IMG/VR virus record: IMGVR_UViG_3300017744_005100
Span: 1-58,206 of that record
Length of the DNA: 58,206 nt
Direction: 5' to 3' (one strand)
DNA from: a virus
Lineage: Duplodnaviria; Caudoviricetes
Made by a program: the position numbers and the translations under genes. The notes under the pieces are model-generated. The model was not told the origin of the DNA. It saw only the letters and a list, made by a program, of their open reading frames with translations, and did not search any database. Shown piece after piece: positions 56,932-58,206 of the stretch; the stretch's first letter is position 1; each line of letters starts with the position of its first letter.

Positions 56932-58205
56932 AATACCTTGGCTGCTAGTGTGGCTACCTTTGATCTCTCACCCTTCTGTAGTGAAATGTGTCCTGCTAAA
57001 TCATGATTCTTAAATTTTTCTACAGCATAAGATAATCCATTGCTTGTAGCATCTAAGTAAACTGTATCAATTTGTTCAATATCTCCAGTCAACACAATCT
57101 TTGTACCCTCGCCAACACGAGTGATGATGGTCTTTAGCTCATGGGTTGATAAGTTTTGTGCCTCATCAATAATGATGAATGCTTTCGCAATAGAACGACC
57201 ACGAATGTAAGTTAAAGCTTCAATTTCAATTATGCCTCTTTCAGCATACATCTCAAGTGCCACTTTATCATTACCCATCAAGAACTGTAAGTTATCTTGT
57301 ACCGGAGCCAGCCATGGAGCCATTTTTTCTTCCAATGTGCCCGGTAAGAAGCCAATGTCTCTACCCATAGGCATCACTGGTCTTGAAACTACAAGTTTGT
57401 TATAGATTGGTTCTAAAGAGCCTTCATCTAAAACCTGTTCCAATCCAGCAGCCACAGCCAGTAGAGTTTTACCACAACCAGCGGCACCAATGAGGGATAC
57501 AATTGGCACATTTGGATCAAGCAGTAAATCAATGGCAAATGATTGTTCTTTGTTTCTTGCGGTAATATCCCAGACTCCATGTTTGTGAATTCCTGCTTTA
57601 ATAAGCGGTTTGTTGTAAGCTAAGAACCTAGCTAACGCAGTTTTCTTTTCGTTGCAATTTGAAATTAACATCACAAATTGGTTTGGTAATAATAATTTTT
57701 CATCTTTCTCAATAAAAATTTTCTCACCAGAGTAGAAATGATCGATAATCTGATCATCTACTAAATGCTTCTCTAAGCCCGTGTAAAGCTCGCTACGGTC
57801 ACTAACGACTTGGTTTACATCGTAGCCCTCACAAGGGATTCCTAGGGCATCACAGCGGACTCTGAGGTTAATATCTCGGGACACAACAACAACTCTTTTA
57901 CCCTCGGCTTTCTCATTGAGAGCACAAGCTAAAATAATATTATCTGGATCCCGCCTATTGGACTCTGGTGGGAGGGACGATATATCTGAGACTCTTGCTC
58001 TTAAAAGACCTTTGCCTTTTTCGATTCGAACTCCTTTCTGTACCGAACCCTTCCCACGGTATTCATCCAAAAGACGAATGGTGTGGCGAGCATTAGCCCC
58101 CACACCATCTTGCCTCTTTTTATGTTTATCAATTTCTTCAAGAACCTTTAAAGGAATTACTATATCGTTTCTTCCAAAGTTTTTAAAAGCTGTTGGGTCT
58201 GAAAG
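56928..58205 (-). CDS. phoH: PIN-PhoH ATPase (PhoH2/YlaK-like), 5' end outside the window
   Basis: The frame stays open to the right edge: LSDPTAF...DIVIPLKVLEEIDKHK...PDNIIL...VSRDINLRV (PIN domain). This is followed by GAAGCGKT, IGFLPG, YIRGRSI, IIDEAQN and GDIEQID (PhoH). Confidence 0.9.
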   Translation of the reverse strand, partial: LSDPTAFKNFGRNDIVIPLKVLEEIDKHKKRQDGVGANARHTIRLLDEYRGKGSVQKGVRIEKGKGLLRARVSDISSLPPESNRRDPDNIILACALNEKAEGKRVVVVSRDINLRVRCDALGIPCEGYDVNQVVSDRSELYTGLEKHLVDDQIIDHFYSGEKIFIEKDEKLLLPNQFVMLISNCNEKKTALARFLAYNKPLIKAGIHKHGVWDITARNKEQSFAIDLLLDPNVPIVSLIGAAGCGKTLLAVAAGLEQVLDEGSLEPIYNKLVVSRPVMPMGRDIGFLPGTLEEKMAPWLAPVQDNLQFLMGNDKVALEMYAERGIIEIEALTYIRGRSIAKAFIIIDEAQNLSTHELKTIITRVGEGTKIVLTGDIEQIDTVYLDATSNGLSYAVEKFKNHDLAGHISLQKGERSKVATLAAKVL

Positions 58206-58206
58206 A

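Larger units (their letters stand above)
1..58206 (-). mobile_element. Segment of a large myovirus-like (jumbo) phage genome
   Basis: Contains baseplate gp25/gp6/spike genes, a gp55-like sigma, gp46/47-like nuclease, phage-type primase, RuvC and PhoH. All genes are co-oriented with overlapping or abutting stops and starts. No cellular housekeeping genes are seen. Confidence 0.9.

Noticed and set aside
1-58206. Stop-codon reassignment as in some jumbo phages
   Set aside because: The standard code gives near-complete coding density with full-length proteins, and TAA, TGA and TAG all end genes at sensible positions.
1-58206. tRNA or structured ncRNA genes
   Set aside because: Intergenic gaps are at most about 95 nt and are occupied by the micropeptide, promoters or RBSs; no cloverleaf or T-loop motif was noticed there by eye.

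Overview
The window is a gene-dense, AT-rich fragment of a large tailed phage genome (myovirus-like, probably a jumbo phage). All credible genes lie on the minus strand. In transcription order (right to left) it holds five blocks. (1) A PIN-PhoH protein, a HExxH zincin and a Cas4/RecB-like nuclease. (2) An ~18 kb block of about 22 glycan genes: GT4-, GT2-, GT11- and GT17-like glycosyltransferases, RmlBCD, RfbH/E1, a PseB-like dehydratase plus reductase, a GDP-mannose 3,5-epimerase, a StrG-like oxygenase and a minimal DegT-type PLP enzyme. (3) A T4 gp55-like late sigma factor. (4) An ~30 kb baseplate/tail module: M15-peptidase hub, HxH spike, gp25, gp6/J, a 2700-aa LamG protein and paralogous structural proteins. 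(5) A RuvC-like resolvase, primase, a fused Mre11-Rad50, and small membrane genes that may be a lysis cassette. Three observations stand out. A [ST]-[GAS]-S tripeptide is concentrated in a subset of virion proteins next to the glycan block, suggesting a phage-encoded virion glycosylation system with its own acceptor motif. A CTATTTA motif recurs just upstream of late genes and is a candidate promoter for the phage sigma factor. An uncalled 20-codon, 9-Cys metallothionein-like ORF has a good RBS. All assignments come from motif recognition by eye; no searches were run.
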